This document shows, piece after piece, positions 24,435 to 34,050 of a stretch of 38,995 nt of DNA. The translations under genes were made by a program, and so were the position numbers. Position 1 is the stretch's first letter. Each line of letters starts with the position of its first letter. A model generated the notes under the pieces. The model was not told the DNA's origin. It did no database searches and saw nothing but the letters and a program-made list of their open reading frames with translations. The DNA is from a virus, in IMG/VR virus record IMGVR_UViG_3300024581_003864, positions 1 through 38,995 of that record. One strand, given 5' to 3'.

Positions 24435-25483
24435 ATTGCTCTACCCCCTTGTTTGATGTATTGCGGAAGCTCATTTGTATTGACTAAGCCTACTTGACCA
24501 TTCAAGGCCAAATAACTCTTTCCTTGTGGTGGTTCCTGTTTCTGTGCTTTCCGCATTTGAGCGAGATAATTATTTTTTATTTTTCCATTTTTGATGTCTT
24601 TAACGGCAATGTCCAAATCTTTTGCAAGTTGATCATTTTTTTGTTTTGTCAATTTTTGTACCTCTAAACGCATATTTTTGGGTGGAAGCCTTCCGCCTCT
24701 TGCACTAATTTCGTCAATGGCTTCTAAATAGTTCTTTTTCATCTGCAATGCAATACGAGCTGCTTCTAAAAATTCTTGGTTAGCTGCTTCGCTTTTACCT
24801 ATCCCTGCAAGGGAATTTAACAGAACCCTTTCAATTAATTGGTTTGCTCGCTGTCCAACCATGCCCTGCAAGTCTTTTAAAAATAATGTTTTAATCGCAG
24901 ATTTTAGTAGCTGAGCATCATCTGTTTCAAATAGTCTTGCGTATTGTTCTGGAAGAAGATTGGCGAAGGAATTCCACCACCCACTTGTTTGGCCGCTTTC
25001 TAGAGCTCTTTCTACTCTATCAAGAGCAATTTCTGTTTCGGGGATAGTTTCGCCAAATTCTAAGGCCTTTTCTTCCATTTTTTCGGCATTTTTTTCTCGA
25101 AGTGAGTAATCAACTTTATTTTGTGCTTGCCTATCTTTGTAAATGCTTTCCGCAAGTGCTTTTACTGTAGGGTTTTTTGACCCTAGACCAGTAGCTAGTA
25201 CAGCATCACTAATTTCTTCGGGAGCATTCATCATAGTATTCTCTAACGTTCCCTGTTGCATAGAATTTTCCTGAGGTGCATTTTCCATAGCATTATTGAG
25301 AGCTCCTCCTTGTGTAGGCTGCATAGGCAAGCCGCCTAATGCTGTTAAAATTTGATTATCAAGAACCTGTTGATTCGCTTCTCTTTGCTGTTGTGCTAGG
25401 CGAGAAAGAATCCCCCCTAAACCTTTTGCTATGCCTTCTCTAATATATTTGTCTTCGTCTACAACCGTAACCATTTCTTTCAC
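24431..25483 (-). CDS. Virion-module protein (candidate internal/ejection protein)
   Basis: 350 aa, Q/N/A-rich and helical-looking, translationally coupled with its neighbours. Confidence 0.4.
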   Translation of the reverse strand: MKEMVTVVDEDKYIREGIAKGLGGILSRLAQQQREANQQVLDNQILTALGGLPMQPTQGGALNNAMENAPQENSMQQGTLENTMMNAPEEISDAVLATGLGSKNPTVKALAESIYKDRQAQNKVDYSLREKNAEKMEEKALEFGETIPETEIALDRVERALESGQTSGWWNSFANLLPEQYARLFETDDAQLLKSAIKTLFLKDLQGMVGQRANQLIERVLLNSLAGIGKSEAANQEFLEAARIALQMKKNYLEAIDEISARGGRLPPKNMRLEVQKLTKQKNDQLAKDLDIAVKDIKNGKIKNNYLAQMRKAQKQEPPQGKSYLALNGQVGLVNTNELPQYIKQGGRAI

Positions 25484-25486
25484 CCA

Positions 25487-26098
25487 TTATTGATATTGTT
25501 TCATTGGAATTGGACTATACATTTGACCTACAGCACTAAGAATTGCAGGAAGAATACCCGATTTTTGATGCACTATCGGTTCCTGTGTTCTAGCCGTTCC
25601 AATACCAGAAAACGTGTTCAAAGCCCCTAAACGATTTGTTTGAGATTGATTATATTGGTTCAACATATTTTGCCCCAAGCCAGTTGCAACACCAGAGGAC
25701 GCCTGTGTTAAAGCCCTATTCAAGGCTCCTGATGAGGATTGATCCTGCCCTAAAGCTTCCTTTAATTGAGGGATGATTTGTTCAGCTAATACTTTTTGAG
25801 CTGGTTGCACAAATGATTCATTGTAAAAATCGTTATATTGGCTCGGGCTGTATTGTTGAAAAAAATTACCAAAGGCATTATTTGCATTTTGCGTCTGACT
25901 ACCTAATAATTTACTAAGAAATTGTTGCTGTTCTGGGGAAAGAAGATTCAGAAGCTCAGAATTCGTTCCACCTAGCAAAAATTCGTTAACAGACTGCTTC
26001 TGCTCTTCGGGTAGAAGTTGATAAAGCCCCGCTGTCCCTGTCGAGTGATTCATCAGCGTTTGCCATATGTCCTTTCCTTCCGCCATCATTATCTCCAT
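25487..26098 (-). CDS. Q/N-rich virion-module protein
   Basis: 203 aa and low complexity (QQ, NQ, SQ runs). The real start is probably Met5 (26086), 6 nt after ggag. Confidence 0.4.
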   Translation of the reverse strand: MEIMMAEGKDIWQTLMNHSTGTAGLYQLLPEEQKQSVNEFLLGGTNSELLNLLSPEQQQFLSKLLGSQTQNANNAFGNFFQQYSPSQYNDFYNESFVQPAQKVLAEQIIPQLKEALGQDQSSSGALNRALTQASSGVATGLGQNMLNQYNQSQTNRLGALNTFSGIGTARTQEPIVHQKSGILPAILSAVGQMYSPIPMKQYQ

Positions 26099-26597
26099 TT
26101 AAAATCGTTTCTGCACTCTCGCCACCAGATTCTGGCAATTCATATTTCATTAAAACACCCCTGCTTTGCTCAAACCCATGAGTTTTACTGTGATTGGGAC
26201 AGTCGGTTACCCAATAAACTTTTTTTAATCCTGAACTTAAAAGGATTTTTTTGATAAAATCTTTCAAATAACCTACAGCTCCCTCAAACTGATACTCTTT
26301 ATCTACTGAAAATAATTGGATATGAATTGATTTTGATAAAGTATCAATCGTAAACCACAAAGCCCCTTTTGGAAGCTTATCTTTTGTCGCTAGAAGATAT
26401 AAATGGGACATAGGATTTAATGACATTGATCCATTTACTTCCCTAAGACAGATACTTCTTTGCAAGGCAAACCAGTCCTCCACCTCAAACTCACGCCGTT
26501 TTATTTGTTCAATCAAATAGCTCGGAATATGATCGGGTGTAATGAGTCTTATCCAATCAAGCTCTCTAATTTTTTCATTCTCTTTTTCTTTAGTCAT
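25986..26597 (-). CDS. GNAT-like acetyltransferase-fold protein (tentative)
   Basis: FSVDKEYQFEGAVGYLKDFIKKIL...VTDCPNHSKTHGFEQ resembles GNAT motif A (Q/RxxGxG/A) plus the N.....GF element. The last approximately 37 codons overlap the next gene. Confidence 0.4.
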   Translation of the reverse strand: MTKEKENEKIRELDWIRLITPDHIPSYLIEQIKRREFEVEDWFALQRSICLREVNGSMSLNPMSHLYLLATKDKLPKGALWFTIDTLSKSIHIQLFSVDKEYQFEGAVGYLKDFIKKILLSSGLKKVYWVTDCPNHSKTHGFEQSRGVLMKYELPESGGESAETILNGDNDGGRKGHMANADESLDRDSGALSTSTRRAEAVC

Positions 26598-27105
26598 CGC
26601 TAACTCCTATATAAGTAAAATGTCCCGATAATGCCCCCGATGCAGGAACTGTTACCCCCTGTTCTGGTAGTGTTGGACTGTATTCAAAAAATTTTGCTTC
26701 ATTATCATTTGAAATCCCCTTAATCGAAATCCCTGTATAATTCGCACTTAACGGAAAATCTATGAGATGAATATGACCAATAAAAGGCTGTCCACTTGTC
26801 TTCATTATTTTTGAGGGAAGATGTAAGCCAAGAAAGCCGCTAGGATTACTATGGTTAAATTGAATGTGAAAAAATAGTTCGTTAACAATCGATCGCCTCC
26901 AATAGACACCACACCGTGTTAAATAATTAAATGAGCCAAGGTCTGTAGATGTTAGGGTAGGTTCCCAATTAAACGGTTTAGTATCTGAGTCAGTGAAAAA
27001 GTTTCCATTTGCACAAAAATAGATATCCCTGTATATCTCTTGCAGAGATATAGATAAATCTTCGTTTAAATCGGTAGGTAGTATAGGATAGATAGGCATG
27101 CTCAA
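26590..27105 (-). CDS. Virion protein related to the receptor-binding-like paralogues (paralogue D)
   Basis: FNWEPTLTSTDLGSFNYLTRCGVYWRRS...FFHIQFN...LGLHLPSK follows the same pattern as 18066..19591. Confidence 0.45.
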   Translation of the reverse strand: MSMPIYPILPTDLNEDLSISLQEIYRDIYFCANGNFFTDSDTKPFNWEPTLTSTDLGSFNYLTRCGVYWRRSIVNELFFHIQFNHSNPSGFLGLHLPSKIMKTSGQPFIGHIHLIDFPLSANYTGISIKGISNDNEAKFFEYSPTLPEQGVTVPASGALSGHFTYIGVSDD

Positions 27106-28961
27106 TTGATTAACCTCTCTTTCCCTACAGGGCTGAAAACAGGTTTTAGGGCATGGATAATAATTTGATCATTTAGAGCATTAAAAGTTGCTGAAATTTG
27201 ATGACGGCTTCCAACGCCACCAGCAAACGCTCTAATCCAAGCCTTTTCTTTTCGATAAGCACGCTCATATAATTTCCCTCCACTTTTATATTCCCCTAAA
27301 TTCGTTCCGTCTACCCCAACTAAGCTAAGCGTATTTTCATCCATTACGACAAAATCGTAGCCACCGCCTATTCCCACTCCCCTAACACCATAGACATAAA
27401 CAATTCCCCCTAAATCAAGCCCATGATCGGGAGCTGTAATAAGGCAGGGGTCAGTATTTTGAATACCTGTAATATTGCAAATATACCCTAAGTTAGGAAG
27501 AAGATCGATGAACTGTTCTTTATAGGGAGCAGTTTCAGAATCCTTAAAAAAGTATACAACTCCTTGAGCATTCTCTACTGTTGTAACTAAAAAATCTACA
27601 TATAAAAGTTTTGCTTCAAGTCCATCTTCTTTGTAGGGGTTCCATGCACTCGTTATAAAGCTACAAGGAATAGGTTCTTCACCATCATATGCCCCAAAAT
27701 TCAATTCAAGAACTCTTCCGTCAACAGTTCCTCCGATGAGGATGTCAGCGTTTTCTTGCCAACTAAAATCAGAAATTTTCATGTTGCCAAAATCTGAAAT
27801 CTTTACACCAGCAGGAAAATCTGAAATACGAAGGCTAAGGCTTGTATTCGCATACCCAAGACATGTTAAAGAGAGATCATATTTAGAGAACGCTCTTGAA
27901 TCATCGTCATTCACTAAAACTTTATTATTCTCACTAGAGTTATTTGCATAGAGCGTCAAAAATCTAAGATTTTGAAAATCTCTAAAACAAAACATTTTAT
28001 CAAAAGAACCTTTATCCACTTCATCAGTCACAAAATTAGAAATTTTGTCATCAATTCTTTGCGATCCATTCGAATTGGTAGCAATAATTCCAGTTGTGCC
28101 AATAGAAATCGCCATATCATCAAACCCAACAGAAGCTTGCCTGCCATCACAAGAGCGAAAATTATTTAATCTTTTCCATTGAAATGCACGATTTGGATCC
28201 CCTGTAGGGACGAGCTCCCAAACAGAATTGGAGAAGAAAACAATCAAAGAATTCTTTTTAGGTACGGCTGATATAATATGCTCCCCTGTGCTTGCATCCG
28301 CAAAGTCTCCTTGTCCTGCAACAATGTCAGACCACAATTCAGGATTTTGTTTCGCACACCATCTGGCCCTCTGGGGATGATAATTGACATTCGGCCCTTC
28401 TAGCTCTGCTGTACTTAGAACAACTAACCGTTGATTTAATGTAAAAATTAACTTACATCCGTATAGGGTTGCACCCCCCAAATCAGGAATAAGAAGTTGT
28501 GTAGATGGAGAACCATTATAAAATCTTATGCCATTTCTAGAATTAGGATCTGATAACCCATTCCATGCAAGCCCATTCGTGAAATACAATCTATTAGGCA
28601 AGTTTTGCGATTGCCAATTTGCAGAAACTACAAAATCTTTTTGACCACCAGAAAAAATTTGAATAGGGTCTAATTGATCATATACATTAGTAGAAGAATT
28701 GAACCTGTAGGCTGATGTTGTATCAAAGGCAAGGTTCTCATTAAACTCTTCTGTATCAAAATAACGAGCAAGCCCCATAACACGATCATTAGAAGGAAGA
28801 GTACCAAAAACTCTATACCCCCTTCTCTTCTCTAATCTTCCATGGGTTACATGAAAATTCCTTAAATCAGGAAAAGCGTCTGGGGGCGAGATCCAAGGCT
28901 CTGTTTCCGTAGTCAATCCGCTTTTAAACGGAGCAATAAGCATATTCGTTGTCTCTGTCAA
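27102..28961 (-). CDS. Large virion structural protein (possibly tail tubular / nozzle-like)
   Basis: 619 aa. The N-terminus ...PPDAFPDLRNFHVTHGRLEKRRGY resembles the opening of podovirus tail-tube proteins. This is a positional inference only. Confidence 0.4.
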   Translation of the reverse strand: MTETTNMLIAPFKSGLTTETEPWISPPDAFPDLRNFHVTHGRLEKRRGYRVFGTLPSNDRVMGLARYFDTEEFNENLAFDTTSAYRFNSSTNVYDQLDPIQIFSGGQKDFVVSANWQSQNLPNRLYFTNGLAWNGLSDPNSRNGIRFYNGSPSTQLLIPDLGGATLYGCKLIFTLNQRLVVLSTAELEGPNVNYHPQRARWCAKQNPELWSDIVAGQGDFADASTGEHIISAVPKKNSLIVFFSNSVWELVPTGDPNRAFQWKRLNNFRSCDGRQASVGFDDMAISIGTTGIIATNSNGSQRIDDKISNFVTDEVDKGSFDKMFCFRDFQNLRFLTLYANNSSENNKVLVNDDDSRAFSKYDLSLTCLGYANTSLSLRISDFPAGVKISDFGNMKISDFSWQENADILIGGTVDGRVLELNFGAYDGEEPIPCSFITSAWNPYKEDGLEAKLLYVDFLVTTVENAQGVVYFFKDSETAPYKEQFIDLLPNLGYICNITGIQNTDPCLITAPDHGLDLGGIVYVYGVRGVGIGGGYDFVVMDENTLSLVGVDGTNLGEYKSGGKLYERAYRKEKAWIRAFAGGVGSRHQISATFNALNDQIIIHALKPVFSPVGKERLIN

Positions 28962-29594
28962 TTAATTGTAGCCCCCAAAAATATTACAAACACCAGCACT
29001 ATCAGCGAAAGAACCATTAGACGATCTAAACCTAACTTCAAATTGATTGGGGTTTGTCAATCTAATTTCATGAGAACGTAGACTTTCAGCAATAGGAGTT
29101 GGACAAGGATAGAGTGGTCCTTGAGGTGTTTCAGAGAGTGTAATTAAATAAATTCCAGTTCCAGTTCTTAGAATAGTACATCCAAATGAACTAATAGTTT
29201 GGCCGTTTGCTTGCCAACGAATAGCAGCAATCATTAGATTTTTTGGAGAAAATGTTTCAGTTGTTAGAGAGGGAAAAGAAATGTTGGAGCAAGATAATAC
29301 GGTATTTCTTGAACCAATTCTTCCACCTTCAGTTAGTTGGACAATATTCCCTTGAGTATCCCTTGTGAATAGCTCAATATTCCCTTCCCCATCTTCTTTC
29401 GCATAAACTCTAGACATTCCTACAGGTGTTTCAGGGTCATTATCATCAGGAAGAGTGGTTCTATTACTTATGTTAATTTGGTCTTGTGAAAATGAAGGGT
29501 CTCCAGATTGAATTGCTTGAAAATTTGGTCGTGTTTGAAGAGATATATCCTTTAATTCTACATCATCAGAGGGTTTCGTGTTGTCGTATACCAA
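28962..29594 (-). CDS. Virion structural protein (210 aa)
   Basis: The call rests on its position in the virion operon. I recognised no motif. Confidence 0.4.
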   Translation of the reverse strand: MVYDNTKPSDDVELKDISLQTRPNFQAIQSGDPSFSQDQINISNRTTLPDDNDPETPVGMSRVYAKEDGEGNIELFTRDTQGNIVQLTEGGRIGSRNTVLSCSNISFPSLTTETFSPKNLMIAAIRWQANGQTISSFGCTILRTGTGIYLITLSETPQGPLYPCPTPIAESLRSHEIRLTNPNQFEVRFRSSNGSFADSAGVCNIFGGYN

Positions 29595-29611
29595 TGTTTA
29601 AAGCTCCTTAA

Positions 29612-30505
29612 TTACCATGATGGAATTGATCTACCTTCCATAATCTCTTCATGTGTTCGAGACATGGCTGTTTCTAAATGTTTTTGATAGGCGGCATTTG
29701 CCACCGATGCTTTTTGCTCTTCTCCATGATCAAAAAATATTTCTCTTGATGAACCATATGCTATAGCAGCTCCCCATTCCTCTTGTTCAGGTTGATCTGT
29801 AGAAAGGATCATATCTTGAAGTTTTTTGTTTCCCTGCATACGAATTAAATAGGTAGAGTCAGGGACTGGATAAAGCTTGATAAAGTTTTCATGCAATAAT
29901 AGGGCCCTAGGTCTAGAAGCAACAAATTTGATAAAATTAGAGCTTACCTTATCCCCAATGGCTGGAGGCGTAGCAAAGTTAAAGACAATTGTCCCTAAAG
30001 AATAATTCAGAACAACTTGTCCTCCATTACTCCCCTCAATTGTTACATCAGTGGTTGACCAGTCTTTATTTTTATCAAGAAATGTTTCCCCAAACGATCC
30101 TCCTGTAAATGTAGAGGGCATAATAGGAAATCCCGAAGAAGTAATAGAGAATATCGTCTTTACTCCATCACCATCACCAACAGCGAGCTCTTGATATTGC
30201 TCAGGATACAATTCATTAAAAAACGAGGCATCAACACTAAAATCAAGATTATAATTGTTGCATGTTGCATTTGGCTCGATTAGTGAAAAAACATCCCAAG
30301 GGGCTGGATAGTAGGCTTGGTTAGGTTTGCAAGCAAATGAAAAATATGTCCGCAAACCAGTTACTTTCGCATCATTCGGAAATGTCACCGTATAAAATCG
30401 GTTGATGATTTCCTTTAACTCAAGATCGGAGAGGTCATTTGGCGAAAAACGCCCTGTAACCTCTCGAACCTTTTTTTGGATCTTTTGAAAGGTCCAATGT
30501 GTCAT
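29612..30505 (-). CDS. Virion structural protein (possible head-tail adaptor)
   Basis: The N-terminus ...KKVREVTGRFSPNDLSDLELKEIINRFY is typical of adaptor/neck proteins, and it lies downstream of the capsid genes. Confidence 0.35.
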   Translation of the reverse strand: MTHWTFQKIQKKVREVTGRFSPNDLSDLELKEIINRFYTVTFPNDAKVTGLRTYFSFACKPNQAYYPAPWDVFSLIEPNATCNNYNLDFSVDASFFNELYPEQYQELAVGDGDGVKTIFSITSSGFPIMPSTFTGGSFGETFLDKNKDWSTTDVTIEGSNGGQVVLNYSLGTIVFNFATPPAIGDKVSSNFIKFVASRPRALLLHENFIKLYPVPDSTYLIRMQGNKKLQDMILSTDQPEQEEWGAAIAYGSSREIFFDHGEEQKASVANAAYQKHLETAMSRTHEEIMEGRSIPSW

Positions 30506-31089
30506 TCAACCTCTCGAACGCTATAAGTATACTTTTTCCCTACAATCTTGTTTTGTACAGGTCCTTTAGAAGTCGGTACAAATTCACGTCTTAAGGTATG
30601 GACCTCTGCTAAATGCTTGGCTAAAAAAACAGGGAGAATTGTTTTTTCTCCACAATCAACAGAGATTGGATAAGTTTGATAAAGAATAGTATCTCTCATT
30701 CCTTGATGCCTAACATTATGAATTTCATAGACCTTCAACTCACGCATCTTCTCCTTTTCTTCTTCAGAAAGACCATGATCAATAAAAGCGGCTCTGGAGA
30801 CTTTTTTTGCTAAACGAAAAACTTCTTCTTGCTCCTCACTTAGTTTCTTGATCTCCTTCCCCTCAAGCTTAGAAAAAAGTTTTAGAGCTAACTCCTTATC
30901 TTTTTCTTTGCTTGTTTCTTGAGGCTTTTTTATGATATGTGTCTTAGCAAGCAACGTAGCCTGTTCTAAAAGGGCTTTTTGCTCATCAGTCATCTCTGAA
31001 GGTGAGGTATTTTTCAGTACTTTCAACGCATGGAAAATATCCTTCTTTTCTTCAGAATTAACTGATTTGGATTTTTGGTTTTGTCCCAC
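30502..31089 (-). CDS. Lys/Glu-rich head-module protein
   Basis: I moved the start to the GTG at 31089, which has a perfect aaggag SD upstream and lies just after the upstream stop at 31113. The tracked Cys/Trp-rich N-terminus overlaps the upstream gene and looks like an artefact. Confidence 0.5.
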   Translation of the reverse strand: MGQNQKSKSVNSEEKKDIFHALKVLKNTSPSEMTDEQKALLEQATLLAKTHIIKKPQETSKEKDKELALKLFSKLEGKEIKKLSEEQEEVFRLAKKVSRAAFIDHGLSEEEKEKMRELKVYEIHNVRHQGMRDTILYQTYPISVDCGEKTILPVFLAKHLAEVHTLRREFVPTSKGPVQNKIVGKKYTYSVREVE

Positions 31090-31112
31090 CCAATCTCCTT
31101 TTTGGTTTTCAG

Positions 31113-31706
31113 TTAAACAACGCTTTCTTCGCCATACACAACCGCAACCATCTCTGAGCCAGCAGCACCAACAATAGAAGTGCCAAGTGTGCATCCAGAA
31201 ATAGCCACATTTTTTCGGCTATATGGGCGTCCATCTTTATTTTGAATTCTGTTCAGAAGGCCATAACTTACATACGTATTAAAGCCCGAACTTGTGTCAT
31301 CAGAGCATGTGATTTGATTTCCAGAAACAGAGGTAACTGTATATTCTCTGTTCAAGGTTTCAGCAGCACCTGTATCAACAATCGAAACAGCCCGAACCTT
31401 GTCTCCTTCTACATATTCAAAACGATCCTCAAATGCGATTGTAATAACTGTAGTAGCTCCTTTTGTGAGAGCTGTAATAGGAGCTCCAAAGATCGCTTGC
31501 TCGTCTAAAGGTGTTACCCCATTTGTTAACGTGACGGTACCATCGGCAGCTTGTAATGAGCCTACAGGCATACCAAATACCCATTCTCCTTTAGCCCCTG
31601 CGGTGACGTCGATAACTTCTATTTTTGTGATGTCAAATCCTATATCTAAAGTTCGTACAACTGTAGGAGAAGGGTTTGTCCATGAAAAACTTTTTACTTG
31701 TGCCAT
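31113..31706 (-). CDS. Head-module protein (possible decoration protein)
   Basis: 197 aa, G/T/V-rich and beta-like, immediately downstream of the capsid gene. Confidence 0.4.
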   Translation of the reverse strand: MAQVKSFSWTNPSPTVVRTLDIGFDITKIEVIDVTAGAKGEWVFGMPVGSLQAADGTVTLTNGVTPLDEQAIFGAPITALTKGATTVITIAFEDRFEYVEGDKVRAVSIVDTGAAETLNREYTVTSVSGNQITCSDDTSSGFNTYVSYGLLNRIQNKDGRPYSRKNVAISGCTLGTSIVGAAGSEMVAVVYGEESVV

Positions 31707-31716
31707 GATCTACCTC

Positions 31717-32682
31717 CTAAGCTGCTTTCAGTGTGCATTTGACGTTTTCGATGAAGTTGCTATTTAGAATGGTGCAAGCGTAGTACCAGCCAAAGCCAAC
31801 GGATGCTCTTTGATTTAATGGGTCAGCAGAGCCTTCAGAACCTCTTGGTTTGACGTAAAATTCCCCTGACTTGTTGCCTAAATGAACGGCAGCATAAGCT
31901 TCTCTTCCAAAAACAAAGTTGTTGTAAACAGAGTCTCCGTTAACATCGATATATTTAGACCCAATAGTCGTCTTTAAAAATCTAATTTGGTTAAACGCCC
32001 CGTACTCGCCGCTCATAATGGTATCTCTAGGGTCTCCAGCGTACTGGTTTGTTTTCACAAATCCTGCTAATGCCTCAAGATCTTGTAAAATGTCTGTATG
32101 GACAATCCCTATGTAGGCTTCTCTAATTGGTGTAGTTGCATATTGATCTGTAGCTGTAATAACTTCTTTTATGGGATAGCAATCCTGACCAATTAAAGAA
32201 TGTATTACATTGTTTAGATCTTCTGCAGATACGTCACTAGGGTTCTTTGCGTTTTGGCCTCCTTGGCATAGATAGGTAGAGGCAGTTGATGCCAAAACAT
32301 CCCTTGTAACTATATTCAAACTTTCTGCAGAATTCATTGCCAAAATTCTTGAAGCCTGATTTAATGTATCATCTTCAACTGTAAGGAGGACGTCATTATC
32401 TAGCGTGACATAGTTACCATAGAATTCGATTGTAGCCTTAATGTCCTCCACAGATAGCTGTGAGCCCGCTGGTGTGATGCCATTTTTCAACGGTATGGTG
32501 GCTGGAGCTAACCGTGGGTAACGTCTGAAGACAATTGTGCTTCCACTTCCTTCTGGTATTGATTGCACCATAGCAAATCGCTGAAAATGCAGATCGGGAT
32601 ATGCAGTTAATAGTATCGCCCTACAAAAATACTCATCAACAGCAGGCGGTAACTGTCCAGTCGTAGTAATATTTCTTGCCAT
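31717..32682 (-). CDS. Major capsid protein
   Basis: Position after the scaffold gene. The N-terminus ...EYFCRAILLTAYPDLHFQRFAMVQSIPEGSGSTIVFRRYPRLAPATIPLKNGITP resembles the opening of N4-gp56-type capsid proteins as I recall them. The family assignment is unverified. Confidence 0.75.
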   Translation of the reverse strand: MARNITTTGQLPPAVDEYFCRAILLTAYPDLHFQRFAMVQSIPEGSGSTIVFRRYPRLAPATIPLKNGITPAGSQLSVEDIKATIEFYGNYVTLDNDVLLTVEDDTLNQASRILAMNSAESLNIVTRDVLASTASTYLCQGGQNAKNPSDVSAEDLNNVIHSLIGQDCYPIKEVITATDQYATTPIREAYIGIVHTDILQDLEALAGFVKTNQYAGDPRDTIMSGEYGAFNQIRFLKTTIGSKYIDVNGDSVYNNFVFGREAYAAVHLGNKSGEFYVKPRGSEGSADPLNQRASVGFGWYYACTILNSNFIENVKCTLKAA

Positions 32683-32731
32683 GTTTCTTTATTCCTTTTT
32701 CTTTTTCTTTTCTAAATTTCGTTGTTCAAAA

Positions 32732-33418
32732 TTAATCTCTAATTCCTGCAGCACGTTTTCTAACCAATTTCAAAAAATCATCATCATTTAGATGAGACCC
32801 TGACTGAACCCCATCAACAACTCCAGTAGAGGAGCTAGAAGAGACGCTAGACAAGCTTCCTGCCTCTTTTGCATTACTGATAATTTTGTTAGTTTCTTGA
32901 ACTTTTTTTGCTTGGCTATTTGACTGCTTTGCATTTCTATAGCTGTCTGAATTTTTTGCTAGGTGATATGCTAACTCATAATCTTGGGTTAACTCTAATG
33001 ACCTTCTAAGAGAGGGATTTTGTTTGATGACATCGGGAAGATGTTGTTCAATAACTTCTTGATAATCTTTATACTTTTGAGCAACTCGAAGTTCTTCGTA
33101 TGTTTTTTCAAACTTTTTTTCTTTTTCAGACACATAACGCTTCACCTCAGCCCATGAAGGAGCTTCATCGTCACTAAGATAGTCTTCTGTATTAGCTTGT
33201 GGCTGTTGAACTTGCTGTTTTTGAGATTGCTGAAGAGCTAAATGATCTTTGAAGATCCTATTTTCTTCCTCTAGTCGTGCAGCTCTCGCTCTTTCTTGCT
33301 CTAGTTGTTGATGAAAGTCATTATTTGAACTTTCTTGTTCTTGATGTGCAGCACTATTTTCATCAACAATAGGCTGCTCCTGTGATTCAGGTATTTCTGA
33401 ATGTTGTTGCTCTTCCAC
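32732..33418 (-). CDS. Scaffolding protein
   Basis: 228 aa, Q/E-rich and coiled-coil-like, lying between the portal-side genes and the capsid gene. Confidence 0.6.
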   Translation of the reverse strand: MEEQQHSEIPESQEQPIVDENSAAHQEQESSNNDFHQQLEQERARAARLEEENRIFKDHLALQQSQKQQVQQPQANTEDYLSDDEAPSWAEVKRYVSEKEKKFEKTYEELRVAQKYKDYQEVIEQHLPDVIKQNPSLRRSLELTQDYELAYHLAKNSDSYRNAKQSNSQAKKVQETNKIISNAKEAGSLSSVSSSSSTGVVDGVQSGSHLNDDDFLKLVRKRAAGIRD

Positions 33419-33443
33419 GAGATCCCCACCCCTTTTTTTTCAT

Positions 33444-33812
33444 TTAACCAAAGTTGTAAAATGCTCCTAATTTCTCAGTAGCGATCAAATTATCGTCACT
33501 TTCTCTGGCTCCTTCTACTTTTGAAAAGTCAAAATTTACATCTTGAAGATGAATATCCCATTTAACTTCTCCTTTTATGTTGTCTACTTCAGCGATAACA
33601 GTCCCAACCATATCTAATGGCCTTTTATCAAAATAAGCCTTGATAAATGTTGACAATATAGGACGACCGTCTAACGTATTTTTTGTAGGTTTGTAGACCA
33701 TCACAATCCAATACTTTTCTCGTCTGTGTTTGTTCTTCTTGTAGATTTTATCAAATCTTTTTTGAGCTTTTTCCCTCATAAGAGGAAGAGTATCACCAAT
33801 TTCTTGAGCCAT
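33444..33812 (-). CDS. Head-module hypothetical protein (122 aa)
   Basis: ORF in operon context. Confidence 0.45.
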   Translation of the reverse strand: MAQEIGDTLPLMREKAQKRFDKIYKKNKHRREKYWIVMVYKPTKNTLDGRPILSTFIKAYFDKRPLDMVGTVIAEVDNIKGEVKWDIHLQDVNFDFSKVEGARESDDNLIATEKLGAFYNFG

Positions 33813-33813
33813 T

Positions 33814-34050
33814 CTAGTAGTTCCACCCTTCAGCAGGAACGCCTTTATTGTCTATTGGTCTTATTCCTTTTAAATCGTTAGGATGTGGAGAAAAATTCTC
33901 TAGGCTATGGATATATCCATTTTTGCTTTGTTCATAATCTGAAGTGCTGAAAGTAGAGCCTTTTCCCATTGTATCAAAAGAATATCTTGATTTTACTTTG
34001 GGACCACCTTTAGCCATTCGGTTCATTGTTTTGGCCAATGTTTTCTTCAT
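33814..34050 (-). CDS. Small basic hypothetical protein
   Basis: The tracked ORF 33814..34098 overlaps the portal 3' end. An internal Met (34050, 34026 or 34017) is the more likely start. Confidence 0.4.
   Translation of the reverse strand: MKKTLAKTMNRMAKGGPKVKSRYSFDTMGKGSTFSTSDYEQSKNGYIHSLENFSPHPNDLKGIRPIDNKGVPAEGWNY

Noticed and set aside
30993-31194. Cys/Trp-rich N-terminus (MHTWHFYCWCCWLRDGCGCVW...) of the tracked 230-aa ORF
   Set aside because: It overlaps the 3' end of 31113-31706 in another frame. A GTG at 31089 with a perfect aaggag SD, just after the upstream stop, gives a cleaner gene model.
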